Of a stretch of DNA of 64,000 nt, positions 38,213-52,554 are shown in pieces; the stretch's first letter is position 1, and every line of letters begins with the position of its first letter. A model generated the notes under the pieces. The model saw only the letters and a program-made list of their open reading frames with translations, had not been told where the DNA came from and ran no database searches. Origin of the DNA: Octopus vulgaris (Eukaryota); contig OX597816.1 of NCBI GenBank assembly GCA_951406725.2, forward strand, positions 14,074,001 to 14,138,000, written 5' to 3'. The translations under genes were made by a program, and so were the position numbers.

Positions 38213-39636
38213 AAAGAAGTCTTGCAATACTGTCGAATGAGATGCTGTCTCATGTTCGATCCAGTTTTATCTTACAGCAGGCTGTAATATATAACCAAGG
38301 GATAGAAATTTCCTGATACATTTTTGTGTTTCCGGCTGTTTGGAATTTACCAGAGACACGAATGTAGAAAAGAAAGGTGAGAAACCAACTCACGCAGTAA
38401 AATGGCAGTTTCGTTTGAATGGATGGACGGACGGATGGTTGAGTGAGTCTAGCCAGAGGTTGAGTTTGCCAAAATTTTGTGATTCTAAACCAAATTTTCC
38501 AGAACCCTCGATCAAGCTATTTGGCTGAAAAACTCATACACAGCCCTAATTACTGAAATAAGTTGTAGCAGCGATTCGAAACCGAATTGCTAGGTAACCG
38601 AGCAGACACCACAATCAAACCACAGTTGTTTCACGTGATCGGTCTGTTAAGCGACTAATCAGCGTCAAACCGTCACATGATACGATTTTTCTAGAACTTT
38701 CTCACTGTACCCTATATAGAGATGGGGTTTTTTTATGGCAGTAATAGTAAAAAGCTGAAGCAGCCGCACAACGCCTCCATTCCCATCCTTACATCCATCC
38801 GATGACAGATAGCAGAAAGGAATTTTCGTCACCATGAATATAGCACAAGTATTTTCCTGTTGTGATGGGCCAGTCACAGATTGTTATATCAGTTTTCGTA
38901 GATCTCAAGTACTATGTCTCTCCCATTATGCAATTGCTGCTGTTTGTATCTGTAAAAACATGAAATCTTTTGTTAATTGTTTGCGTGTGTTGTTAGTTAT
39001 TTCTTTGCACTGCCCGAGAAATACATTTTCATTCACCATCACCAACAGCAACCATGACAACCACACTCGCGACAAACTAAAGTACTAAAAGTGCAAAAAG
39101 GAAAAAGATAAATGTATAAGACCAGTGTTTTTCAAAGCAGGGATGGGTGAGGTTCCTAGAAGTGGGGCAGAGGCTGTGAAGTCTGAAAAGAGGGCGAACA
39201 AAATACTACATGTTAGAAAATTATGTTTCTTTTTATAGCCATAACTCTGAGGAATCTGGGGGCCTGGCGAATGAAGAATTTTATAATTAAAAACACTTCC
39301 TATTAAAGAGGCGACGGTTTTAAAAAATCGACTTAAATTATTTGCGAATGGAGAAACAAGGAGATATGGCATTTGACTGTTTAAGAGGCGCTGAGATAGA
39401 TATACAAGTTTGGTCTTCCATCAACCCAGTCCCTATTTAATAGCCGGTAAAATTAATTACAAAACCACTTCCTAAAACATAATGTATGCCATTCACATAT
39501 AAACCACTTGAAAAGATGATTATATAACATCTCTCTTCTCAAGATTGAGTGGGGTTTTCAACCCATATATCGTTTGCTGGTAGTTCGCAGCATTAGGCAG
39601 GGTATGTGTGAAAACAAGAATGATTACGTTAATGTT

Positions 39637-40490
39637 CTTTTCTACTCTAGGCACAAGGACCGAAATTTGTGGGGAGGGGGCCCAGACGATCAGATCGACC
39701 CCAGTACTTAATTTATCGACCTTGTACTTAATTTATCGACCCCAAAAGGTTGAAAGGCAAAATTGACTTCGGCGGAATTTGAACTCAGAAAGTAAAGACA
39801 GGAAATACCACTAAGCTTTTCGTCCGGCGTGCTAACGTTTCTTTTCTACTCTAGGCACAAAGCCCGAAATTTGTGGGGAGGGGGCCAGTCTATTAGATCG
39901 AGCTCAGTACACAACTGGTACTTAATTTATCGACCCGAAAGGCTGAAAGGTAAAGTTGACCTCGGCGGAATTTAAACTCAGAATGTAAAAGACAGGAAAT
40001 ACTGATAAGCATTTCGCCCGGCGTGCTAACGATTCTTATTTCTTTATTGCCCACAAGGGGCTAAACATAGAGAGGACAAACAAGGACAGTCAAAGGGATT
40101 AAATCGATTAGATCGACCCCAGTATGCAACTGGTACTTAATTCATCGACCCCGAAAGGATGAAATGCAAAGTTGACCTCGGCGGAATTTGAACTCAGGAC
40201 GTAAAAGACAGACGAAATACGATAGCCATTTCGCCCGGCGTGCTAACGATTCTGCCAGCTCGCCGCCTTCTAACATTTCTTTACTACTCTAGGCACAAGG
40301 CCCGATATTTGTGGGGAGGGGTCCAGTCGATTAGATCAACCCAGTACGCAACTGGTACTTAATTTGTCGACCCCGAAAGGATGAAAGGCAAAATTGACTT
40401 CGGCGGAATTTGAACTCAAAACGTAAAAGACAGACGAAATGCTGCAACGCATTTAGCTCGGCGTGCTGACGTTTCTGCCAGCTCGCCGCC
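39637..40490 (-). mobile_element. Family B SINE concatemer (three tail-B units) with a nested tail-A copy (40035-40268)
   Basis: Whole block flanked by aatgattacgttaatgtt (39619-39636) / aatgactacgttaatatt (40493-40510); nested copy flanked by ctaacgattctt / ctaacatttctt; a diverged plus-strand copy follows at 40535-40737. Confidence 0.85.
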
Positions 40491-41249
40491 TTAATGACTA
40501 CGTTAATATTGGCATCATTTTCTTTTTTTTCAAAGCAGCGAGCTGGCAGAATCGTAACACATTGAGCGACATTTCGTCCATCTTTACATTCTGAGGTGAA
40601 ATTTCCCTCGTAATTGATTCTGTCTTTCATCTTTCTGGGACAGATAAAATCAGTACCAGTTGCGTATTGGGGTCGATGTAAACCACTTAGTCCCTTCCCC
40701 TGAAATTTCTGGCCTTGTATCAAAATTTTAAACCAATATTTATACGACTTTTCGTTTTCAAATATACTATTAACCCGCATCGTTTATATTTAAATGTGAA
40801 CATCTAAATAATTTAATAATTCTTCACACATGCTTATTACCTCTCAATAGGGTAACAATTAGCCCATTCACAGACACGCAATTATTGAAGTACTTTTTGA
40901 AAATGTTATGACATTTAAGTTAAGTCTCCATTGTAATTTTAACGAAATACTTAGTTCTGTGATGGTCGTACGGGCCACGGCGACGAAACGTTATTCATTT
41001 AGAGCTCGCACATATAAAAGAGACCAGTAGGGGAGTTCACGAGTAATAGATCTGATTGCAAATAAAAGAAGCTATACTGAATACAATAATTACATAACTA
41101 TTGAGGAAAAAAACAAATTTAAAGAGTTTTTATGGCATTCAGACGATAAAATGTTGCACTCTTACGAGATCTTCGATCCATTTGCAACATGACCTAGAAG
41201 CCCCAAATTCTGTATTTTATTTTATTTTATTTTTTATTTTTTGTTCTAT

Positions 41250-41800
41250 AGACGCAGGCGTGGTTGTATGATTAAGAAGCTTGTTTCCCAACCATGTCGC
41301 CATGAGTTCAGTCCTGTTGCACAGCACCTTGAGTGTGTCTTCTACTATAGCCCCAGGGCGACCAAAACTATGTGTGTGTGTGTGTATGTGGTATGTGTGT
41401 GTGTTTGTGTGTGATTAAGATGCTTGTTTTCCAACCATGTCGCCACGAGTTCAGTCCTGTTGTGCGGCACCTTCAGTGTGTGTCTTCTACTATAGCCCCA
41501 GGGCGACGAAAACTTTGTGAGTGAATCTGGTAGTAGATGGAAAGTGAAAGAAAATCGTGATATATACTCTGTGTGGGGGTCGGTGGGGGTGGGGTGTCTT
41601 TGTGCTTATCCCCCGCCACCGCTTGACAACCGATGTTGGTTTGTTAACTTCTCCGTAAATCAGCGGTTCGGCAAAAGAGACCGATAGAATAAGCACCAGG
41701 CTTAAAAATAAAGTACTGAGATCGATTTATTGGATTAAACCCTTCAGCGAGTCGGCTCAGTATGGCCGCAGTTCAATGACTAAAATGAGTAAAAAGTAAG
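41250..41800 (+). mobile_element. Family A SINE with locally duplicated head segment
   Basis: 41270-41374 is repeated at 41412-41519 with a (TG)n spacer. Confidence 0.8.
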
Positions 41801-41989
41801 AGACACTGTCACGGGCGATGCGTTGTGTTCTTGAGCAAAACCCTTCATTTCACGTTGCTCCAGTCCACTCAGATGACAAAAATGAGTAACGCTGCGATGG
41901 ACTGGCGTCCCGTCCAGCTGGGGAAGACATATGTCATAGAAACCGGGAAACCGGGCCCATGAGCCTGGCTAGGCTTTAAAAGGGCGCAT

Positions 41990-42033
<44 letters not shown>

Positions 42034-42187
42034 ATATATACACACATACATAAATATACATGTATGCATATTTATATACATACACACACGCGCGCGCACA
42101 CGCATGCATGCAGATACATATACGGAGCAGGAGAGCGCTTCTCTTTCTCTTTCTGTATATATTCACATTAGAATTTATCTGTCCGTT

Positions 42188-43250
42188 CATCATCATCATC
42201 ATTGTTCAACCGTGGTCGAGACAATGTAATTTACCATGCTACACCAGACTTCACTGTCCATCATGGCATTACGGAGGTCCTGTTGCTGGATGCCTGTATC
42301 CCTGGAGATTACATCAGAGTAGGAGAGTGTGCGCCCTCTGGTATTGCGAGTAGATGGCTTCCAGAGGAGAAGAGTAGAAATTACCTCTTTTTCAGCTCTA
42401 CAACAATGTGTAACAAACTGGACTCTCCTACCTTTCACAAGAGCTGACACAGGTGGTAGTTTCCCATATATTTGCATTTTGGTTGGATGACGTTTCCACG
42501 AGAGATTTTGAGCTCTTATAAGGAGGCGAGTGTAGGTTCCATCCAACCGCCTCTCAAGCTTCTTTGATAACGTCCGGGTTTCTGAGCCATATAGTAGAAT
42601 TGGTTCGACTGTGGCTTTGAAGATTTCAAGTTTGAAGTCTCTACTTAGATTTGATGACCAGATCTTATGCATGTCATTACAGGCTGACCAGGCCATACCC
42701 TTTCTAGTTAGAAAGTCTTTTCCAGATGATGATATGTATGACCCTAGATATTTGTAATCAGAAACCATATTTAAGGGCGCATTGTTGAGAGTATGGATGA
42801 TGCAATTACTGTTGGACAGGCACTTGTTTATGTATTCAGTCTTGGCCTCATTGAGGTAAAGACCTACACAATTTGTGGCTTGTTCAAGAGATTGTAAAAG
42901 AGACTGGGCATTGGAGAGAGAATCACTGATAAGAGCGATGTCGTCAGCAAAGTCAGTGTCTGTCAAGTACTCAGCTGGGTGTCTGGAACTTCTTCTTGGT
43001 TTTATTTCAAAGACCTTGCCAGAGATAGTATCAACTTACATACGTAGCACATAATCAACAACAATGATGAAAAGAAATGACGCGAGTGTGTCTCCCTGCA
43101 GTATTCCGGCTTTGATTGTGAAAGATGATGTTTCTCCGTCAGGGGTTAAGATGGTTGAAGACGTATCTGTGAGGAGGACCTTGATGGCAGAAATTATTTT
43201 GTCTGGTATCCCATAGACCTTAAGGATTTCAAACATCTTGTACCTATCCG
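42188..43250 (-). mobile_element. 5'-truncated RTE-clade LINE (RT C-terminal half)
   Basis: GILQGDTLASFLFIIVVDYVLR, DFADDIAL, YKYLGS and LLYGSET motifs; (GAT)n tail at 42188-42202. Confidence 0.9.
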
Positions 43251-43649
43251 TTAGAACGAATTGCCACATATCGAACAATGAGCTCACTGCTAGTATACAA
43301 CGAAATAGAGCATTATGTATAAAGAGAGAATTTACGAAAAAATAAGACGAAGACGGGTGTGTAAACAACAAACAGATGTATTAGTTTAACGCTCGAGAAG
43401 TAAGAAAGTGTTTTATGTTTCGAGCCTATGCTCTTCGACAGAAAGGAACACAGAAATAACTAAAGAGAGAAAATAAAAGGTTTGGTGGATAGCGATCTAT
43501 CATGGCGACTATGCCTAATTGATCCGTACATTGTTCGTAAAAGAGATAACATTATAGCTTATTGAATGGATGGAGTAATCTCTAGTGGTTCGCAAGATGA
43601 AACGATGTGTTGCTTTCTTAATTATCTTACTATCTTCGCTCTCAGCTAG

Positions 43650-44529
<880 letters not shown>

Positions 44530-44530
44530 C

Positions 44531-44948
44531 CAAAATGCCTTTGAATGTCGCATTATAGCCCTTCGGCAACATCTTTTAACCACTAAATATCGAAGTGCAT
44601 CCCTTGACCAAGTTTGCACACATGAGGCTGATAATTTTATAAGACTTGGAACGCAGCTACTTGAGCAACACTCTTTGTCTGATAACCTAGAATGCATGCC
44701 CCAAGAAGTCGCAGGACTCTACTGCAACGTATCATCAGATGAAAGGATGAGGCTATATGAGCTGAAGACTATGCATGGATATGTTAGTAGAAAGCTCCGT
44801 GATGATAGTAACTGTTATGCGTTTGCAATCCAAGAACAGTAAATATCAACCAAGTACCTGATGCACTAAAGATGCAGGAAAAGAAAAGTGTGACAACCAA
44901 AAGCCTTGTGAGTGGATTTGGTAGACGGAAACTGAAAGAAGCCTGTCG

Positions 44949-44981
<33 letters not shown>

Positions 44982-45972
44982 TTGTGTGTCTGTGTTTATT
45001 CCCCTAGCATTGCTTGACAACCGATGCTGGTATGTTTACGTCCCCGTCACTTAGCAGTTCGGCAAAAAGAGACCGATAGAATAAGTACTGGGCTTACAAA
45101 AAGAATAAGTCCCAGGGTCGAGTGCTCGACTAAAGGCGGGGCTCCAGCATGGCCGCAGTCAAATGACTGAAACAAGTAAAAGAGTAAAAGAGTAAAGAGT
45201 AAGAGTAGTTCACGCTGAAGATATCACCCACATTATAAGCAGTTGTCCGAAAATGTCATCACGGTATAATCTCTCGATGGGACATGATGTTGTAGCTAGG
45301 ACATTCTATAATGAAATCCGTCGCAAGGATAATTCCCAGGACAAAGAAATAAGAATCTGCAATATGGTAGAAGCCGCAGCCATTCATAATAAAAAGGAAT
45401 ACTGGTGGAATGTCCCAGTGAAGACCTCAATAAAATGTAAGCATAACAGACCTGATAAATTGATTTGGGATAGAGAAGAGAAACTGTGCCCAGCAGATGT
45501 TAGCATAAAGCTGAAGATTATTGAAAAAGAGAACACCTATGCTGAACTATTGAGAAATCTGAAGTTACTCTATCTAGATTACAAGTTCAGGTTTATACCC
45601 GTAATTACTGGGGCCCTGAGATATGTAACACACTGCCCAAATACCAATCTTGAGAAGTTAAGATTCTCAAAACAAGAAAGGAGAAAGCTAATTCGAAGAC
45701 TATAGATCTGATCCATCACTGGAACTGTAAAAATCTGTAAAACTTTCCAGAAGTTTATAATTTAAATATGTATGAACATGTCTAGGTATGTAACTATATA
45801 CATGAGAATATATACATAAAACATACAAATCTGCACATACATACATACATACATACATACAAAAAATATCCTGTTGTTGATGTTGAAATTGCAATGAAGG
45901 TGGCTTGGATCTATTTTAGAAACCGGTTCTTTCTCTATTGGCAAGAAATCTTGAAATAAATTGAATAATGAC
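44531..45972 (+). mobile_element. 5'-truncated R4/Dong-like RLE retrotransposon, copy 2, interrupted by a family A SINE (44899-45206)
   Basis: [56 protein letters not shown] and KENTY motifs; same 3' UTR as copy 1; begins immediately after (CATA)n. Confidence 0.9.
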
Positions 45973-46012
45973 ATACATCCATCTATACATTCATACATTT
46001 ATATGTGTGTCC

Positions 46013-46096
<84 letters not shown>

Positions 46097-46486
46097 ATAT
46101 ATATATATATATATAAACTTGGTACGACTCTACAACACTGTCTCTCCCCCCCCCCTCCCCTACATTTCTTTGCCTTTCTTACTTTGCACTTCACTTTGTC
46201 CCTGATCTTTTTCTTGCTCTCTCTCTCTCTTCTCCTTCTCCTTAATTCCTTGTTACTCTTTTTCTCTCTCTTTCCCCCTCCTTAATTCCTCTGTCCCTCT
46301 TTTCCTCTCTCTTCTCTTCACACGTGACTGACTGACCGACTACTGGCCTTTTGGGTCTGGCAACGGTCGTGGTAACATCAACATTTTTTTCTCTGCCCAA
46401 GGCACATTCCTAACACGCCAGCTGAGTTTAATACGTCTCAGTCGAAAGACGCCTGTTGTGATGTCCTATTATTGTTATTATTATTA

Positions 46487-46572
<86 letters not shown>

Positions 46573-47638
46573 GATTTTACGTATTATTTTTGTATTCATA
46601 TTCGTGTAACATCGTCCGTTTTCCGTCCTTGCTTCGTATACATTCGAAGCTTTTTCCCAAGGAATCTAATGCGCTTAGCTTAGTGTTTCCTTGGGGCTGG
46701 CCAGATTAGAGCAATCTCAAGATTAATCAGCCGAAATTGCGAGGCTGATCCGGTTCTTCACTGAAGATTGAAGGCTTTCCGTGTTTTTTGTATCGTCTTC
46801 TAAATATTATGTATTCTTGTCCCAGTTTGTATTTTTATATATATATATAGGAATGTATGTATGTATGTATGTATGTATGCATGTATGTATGTATGTATGT
46901 ATGTATGTATGTATGTATGTATGTATGTATGTATGTACGTATGTTTTTATGTATGTATGTATGTATGTATGTATGTATGTATGTATATTTGTAAATTCAG
47001 ACAATATCATAATTTTGAGGACTACATCAGTATTTGGGAGGCAATAACTCTTGATAATTTTCGTAACAATTTCTGCAAGAGCGACGACATATAAAGTACG
47101 TACAACCTTTCAAGTGGATGCAGTAATAACTTAGAAAGCCATCAGATAGATTGTAAGATAGAGGCAAGAGGAGAACGGAGGAGGGGGGGAAGTGAAAGGA
47201 GAAAAAGAAAGCAGAGATTATCACGGGATAAAAAAAAGAAGAGAATGTGAGAACTGACTGTGGGAGGGAGATAGTGGGAAATAGTGAAAGAGAACATGAG
47301 AGACAGAGAGGGGGTGAGTAACTCCCAAGAGAATGAGAGAGAGAGATTATTATATAAGTGTCGGTGTTGTCTGTCTGCATGTTTTTTGCTAAAAGAAGCA
47401 GGGCAGTGTGCTACTGAGTAATAAGCGGAATATTTTGAACATGAATCAAACTGACTTTGCCACAGAACGAAAACTGGATGAGGTTTGCAGAAGAAGGGAA
47501 AAAAAGATTAGAAAAAGATGCAAATGAGATTCGAAATCATATTGTGAATTCAGTGATGTAGCTAGAGAGAGAGGGAGGAGGGAGAGAGAGAAAGAGAGAG
47601 AGAAAGAGAAAGAGAGTGAGAGAGAGAGAGGAAGAGAG

Positions 47639-47669
<31 letters not shown>

Positions 47670-48206
47670 AACAGAAAGAGAGAGAGAGAGAAAGAGAGAG
47701 AAAGGGAGAGAAAGAGAGAGAGAGAAAGAGAGAGAAAGGGAGAGAAAGAAAGAAAGAGAGAGAGTGAAAGAGAAAAAGAGAAAGGAGAAAGAGAGAGAGT
47801 GTGTGATTTGGGCAGGTCTTCAGTTTGCCACTCTCCTTGGACTATAAAAGTCAACGCAAGCATTTTACAGAAAACAACAAAATCTCTGCCCTTATAAAAG
47901 CATCGCAAGTGGTTGACTCTTCCTATGCTCCTCCTACTTCTGCTATTTCGTGATTTTCTGTTTTCGATATCAGGTTGAAGCGACTTCACTTCCTTCAAAG
48001 TGGTTAATGATTTCAGAAAAAAGCTTGAACATCAAACAGTCTTATCTACATTTCTCTGTAAATCTGAAGTTTCATGTTAAGATAAAATAAGAAAGCAAAT
48101 TACCCTATATACTCGTGCATAAGTCACACTTGTATATAAGACGGATCCCTAATTTTGTGTTAAGTCTAGATACAAACAAAAAATTTTCCTTTTCGGGGTG
48201 GCCATA

Positions 48207-48371
48207 GGCGCAGGAGTGGCTATGATAAGTAGCTTGCTTACCAACCACATGATTCCGGGTTCAGTCCTACTGCGTGGCACCTTGGGCAAGTGTCTTCTAC
48301 TATAGCCTCGGGCTGACCAAAGCCTTGTGAGTGGATTTGGTAGACGGAAACTGAAAGAAGCCCGTCGTATG

Positions 48372-48420
<49 letters not shown>

Positions 48421-48732
48421 AATATTAGGGAATAAATCCAAATTTACAGGGAAAAATCAGATTTAGGATTGAATCCAATTTTATAGTAAAATATTATATA
48501 ATATTAATTAGAGACAAAACCACTATTTTGCAAATCAAACAAGGAAAGACTTAATCAATACATAAAACAATTTTAATATAAAGTAAATAAATAAATAAAT
48601 AAATATTTATTTATTTATTTATTTTATATTAAATTTTTTTTATGTATTGATTAAGTCTTTCCTTGTTTGATTTGCAAAATAGTGGTTTTGTCTCTAATTA
48701 ATATTATATATATATATATATATATATGCATG

Positions 48733-48763
<31 letters not shown>

Positions 48764-49045
48764 GTATGTATGTATGTATGTGTGTGTGTATATATATATA
48801 TATAAATATATGTAGGTCCCGGGTTGATTCGGGGTTAACCACAGTAAATAAGGTACTCAATACATAGTAGAGTAAAATTAATTTATTATATAGAAGGAGC
48901 TTCTACAGGACTAGAACTGTTTCATTCAAGCTTCCTGAAGATTTCTCTTGAATGAAACAGTTCTAGTCCTGTAGAAGCTCCTTCTATATAATAAATATAT
49001 ATAAATATATATATACGTATATAGATATGCATGTATATATATATA

Positions 49046-49128
<83 letters not shown>

Positions 49129-49256
49129 ATGTTTGTGTGTCTATGTTTGTCCCCCTAACATCGCTTGACAACCGATGCTGGGGTGTTTACACTCCCGTAA
49201 CTTAGCGATAGAATAAGTCTTGGGGTCGATTTCCTCGACTAAAGGCGGTGCTTCAG
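48207..49256 (+). mobile_element. Family A SINE expanded by palindromic passenger inserts within its (TA)n core
   Basis: Head 48207-48368, tail 49125-49256; inserts at 48418-48710 and 48812-48996. Confidence 0.85.
48929..48979 (+). ncRNA. Type I hammerhead ribozyme candidate with intact core
   Basis: AGCUUC-CUGAAGA-U UUC ucuu GAA U-GAA ACAG uucuaguc CUGU A-GAAGCU: 6-bp stem I, 4-bp stem III, GUA cleavage triplet. Confidence 0.7.
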
Positions 49257-50217
49257 CTGACTTTTGTAGATAATTAAAACCATGTTGCTGATTAATTAAA
49301 CACTGAACATGCAGAAGATGTAATAATGATTTATTATATAATTCTGAGCAGTCACTGTAAATATAATAAATATACTTTCTTGGCATAAGCCAGTGATGAT
49401 ATAGAAACCGCTATGTGAAGACGGAGTGATCAGGAGATGAATATAAAAATAGCAACAGACAAAAAAAAAGATATAAAAAGTTAAAAAGAATGTAAGGTGA
49501 AAGATTTCTATAAGTATGAAAAGAAAAAAGAACATGGGAGAAAAGAAAGAAGGATGGTATTTTTATCAGATATTCGCAATATAGTATTTCTGACGAAACG
49601 TCTAGGAACGATTTCATAATCTTTGTCATCTCTTCTGATCGTGGAAATACAGTTTCCTGCACGTGCATCAGCACGCATATGTACATGTTACCGTCTCTCG
49701 TGCACACATGCAAAGGAAAACTTAACGATAAACCATTAACAGTTTCGCTCATCACCCACTGAATGCATGGGTTTTAACTTTTAGCTGCAATGTTCTCTGT
49801 GGCATCTAGGCTTCACACGATCCGATCTTCTTTCTTCCAGACTTTGTCTACGTGAATAAATCATGCGAAGCGTCTCAAGCAGGAATAAAATTACCGTTGC
49901 AAATTTGGCTCGACTCAAGATTGCCACCATGTTAAGAGGCCGCTTGCAGCGTTGCAAATATAGAATGATAAAAATATTCTGCAATAAGAGAAATGCAAGA
50001 TTGTTCTCCTTTCCTCATTTTTTCCTCTTCTAAAGCAGTTTCGATCATGGTTGAAGTTGAATTATATACTTTAATTCTCTTAAATCTGCTAAAGTTCTCT
50101 GGAAAATCATGCATATCACAGCCTCCTACTGCCTTTGTTCTAAAAGAATGGATCCTTATAACTTTTCAGAAAATAAAACTGGATAGCCGTGGTTGGTCAT
50201 ATATATAAAAGTATTAA

Positions 50218-50610
50218 TCTCTCTATATATAAAGCTGAAGTTGTCTGTGTATGGCAGGTTTGGTAGCCTTCAACTAACACTATCTCCTCCAAGACCCTGC
50301 GACGCAAGTTGACCAAAATTGAGAGTATGATAGAAGAAGGCTTGCTCTTCCTTCCGTAGAAGAAAAAATTCAAATCGGACCATGTTAACACTAAAAATTA
50401 TTTACATCAAAAAGGTGCTTTTTTACTATGTAAATCCCTATATTTTGCGATTTTTTGACTGCTATGTTGCCATTTTTCGGTGTATTTCAACCAGAAAAAA
50501 TGTTCACAAAAAGAGAATAACAAGCTACATAATGCAAAATGTTTACTTTTCAAAAATTCCAATTCTAAAGGGTCGAAACAAACCCGAGCACCGCCGGGCG
50601 ATACTGCTTG
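50218..50610 (+). mobile_element. Non-autonomous Helitron, copy 2
   Basis: Colinear with 4405-4794; hairpin cccgagcaccgccggg, terminal CTTG (decayed CTAG). Confidence 0.85.
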
Positions 50611-50829
50611 ACAAAAATAATACTTAAACCGTATAATTTCGGAACATTGCTTAAATAACAACACAATTTCATGATTTTGATTGTATGGCGTTTACGACCT
50701 TTTTTTTTATTAAAATGTTAGCAGAAACATCCGTCACTGACTGAGTTGAAAAAACGCTGCCAAAATTATACTATGAATAATGAAAGTTATTCACTTAGAT
50801 TGTATTGAACATAAATATCATATAAAAAG

Positions 50830-52240
50830 GAATTTCGATTTTTTAGTGTGAAATAAAAAGTCATCTTTTTTTCATAAAAAGAATGAACTTTATCAATTAT
50901 ATATTTTCCATTCTATTCGATGACATTTTACCATCTTTCTGGCAACTTCATAATTCCGCGCTCATAGAACTTATGGTCCTTATCAGCCAAAAATTGAAAC
51001 AAGTGCAATTTCAGGTCATCATCATTAATTGAAAATTTTCCAATTCAAAGAATTTTGAAAACTTTGAAATAAATGGTAATCTGATGGTGCAAGGTCAGGG
51101 CTATATGGTGGATGTAACATTACTTCCTAACCAAGTCCCAATAATTTTTCACGAGTTAGCAAACACGTGTGTGGTCTAGCGTTGTCATGGTGGAACACGA
51201 TTTCTTTACAATTTGCCAATTATGGCCGTTTTTCTTTTATTGCTTTCTCCAGTTTCATTAGTTGTTGACAGGTTCCTTGTAAGCAGCTCAAAATACGCAA
51301 CACCTCTAATTCCAACGAATTGACAGCATGGCCTTTTTTATGCAATTCAGAATTTGATGTGGTTTGTGCGAGTTCATTACGCTTGGAGCGGGATCGTTTT
51401 CAATTGATGTTATTATAGACAATCCATTTTTCATCATCAGTGATGATTCATTTCAAAATAAGGTCGATTTCATTGCATTTGAAATGCAAATCACAAATAT
51501 TGATTTGTTGCATTAAGTAAATCTCTTTCAATTTATGTGGAGCCTAAATATCAAGCTTCTTAATGAGTCCAAAGCATTTTAAGTGATTTTCAATTGTTGC
51601 GTGTGATACATTTAACCTCGCTGCAATCTCTCACACAGTTATATGACAATCAGATTCAATTAATGCTTTGATTCGGTCATCATCAACTTCAGTAGGTCGA
51701 CCAGAACGTCGGTCAGCTTTGAGTGAAAAATCTCCAGAAAGGAATTTTTTAAACCATTTCTGACATATGCGTTCTGTTAAGCAATCAACACCATAAACTT
51801 CACATATCTCTCTGTGAATCTCAGCAGATTTCTTGCCTTTACGGAAAGAAAAAAGCAAAATATGGCAAAAAAAGTTCGTTTTTGCACTCCATGCTCGAAG
51901 AATTTCACGTTTTGACGCAATATTTCTCGCCCCAAATGGTTTATTTTTATATCTAACACTGTGTCTTTCTCCCAGTTAAGGGTGAAAATGAAGCAACCCT
52001 ACAAAACATAACTGATCTTCACACACAGACGTACAGAATAGCAGCAATCAAATAACGACAGCGGAGTGCACAACAAACATCAGCGATCTGACTGTCACCT
52101 GTACTCTTGACAAGAGATGCCAGTTAGTCATTTCACTTACCAGGCTCGTTCGTATTCGCCCGAGTTGCTGGATATTTTTCGTTCCTTTAAGAATATTACA
52201 GAACGGAAACTTTTCATAGATTGGAATTTCAATCCTAATC
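50830..52240 (-). pseudogene. Near full-length, heavily decayed mariner transposon
   Basis: ATG at 51892; EIHREICEVYG, CQKWFKKF.SGDFSL, RSGRP, FHHDNARPH, HPPYSPDLAPSDYHLF and FYERGIMKLPERW motifs across frameshifts; element ends approximate. Confidence 0.85.
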
Positions 52241-52554
52241 CCTATATAAATTTACTGTTTCAAAAGAAAAAAAAAATCATTGAATTTAAATTACTTTTAA
52301 TATGTACGATTATAGATAACAACACGGGCAGAAACTTCTGAGCCCGAGTCAGGCATGTGTAAACGACATCGAGAGAACGTCTACTACGAATGATATTTTT
52401 TGACACAGGACACCTCTAAGAGGACTGTTAGAATGAAAATAAATGAACTGCGACCAGGCTCAATAAAAGGAGCCCAAGTTATTGGTTGCAATTACCTACT
52501 TGAAGTCAGTGTTGGCACAAATTAAATCAGCTTGCAAATACACGTTCACTTTAC

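Noticed and set aside
39123-39393. hAT-like termini cagtgtttttcaaa ... aagaggcgctg
   Set aside because: Poor TIR match and no TSD.
46400-46800. Hairpins and CTGAAGA in an insert between microsatellites as another hammerhead
   Set aside because: No CUGANGA and GAAA in correct register with closing stems.
49400-50150. Cluster of short minus-strand ORFs, faintly helicase-like
   Set aside because: No convincing motif or splice signals; left unassigned.
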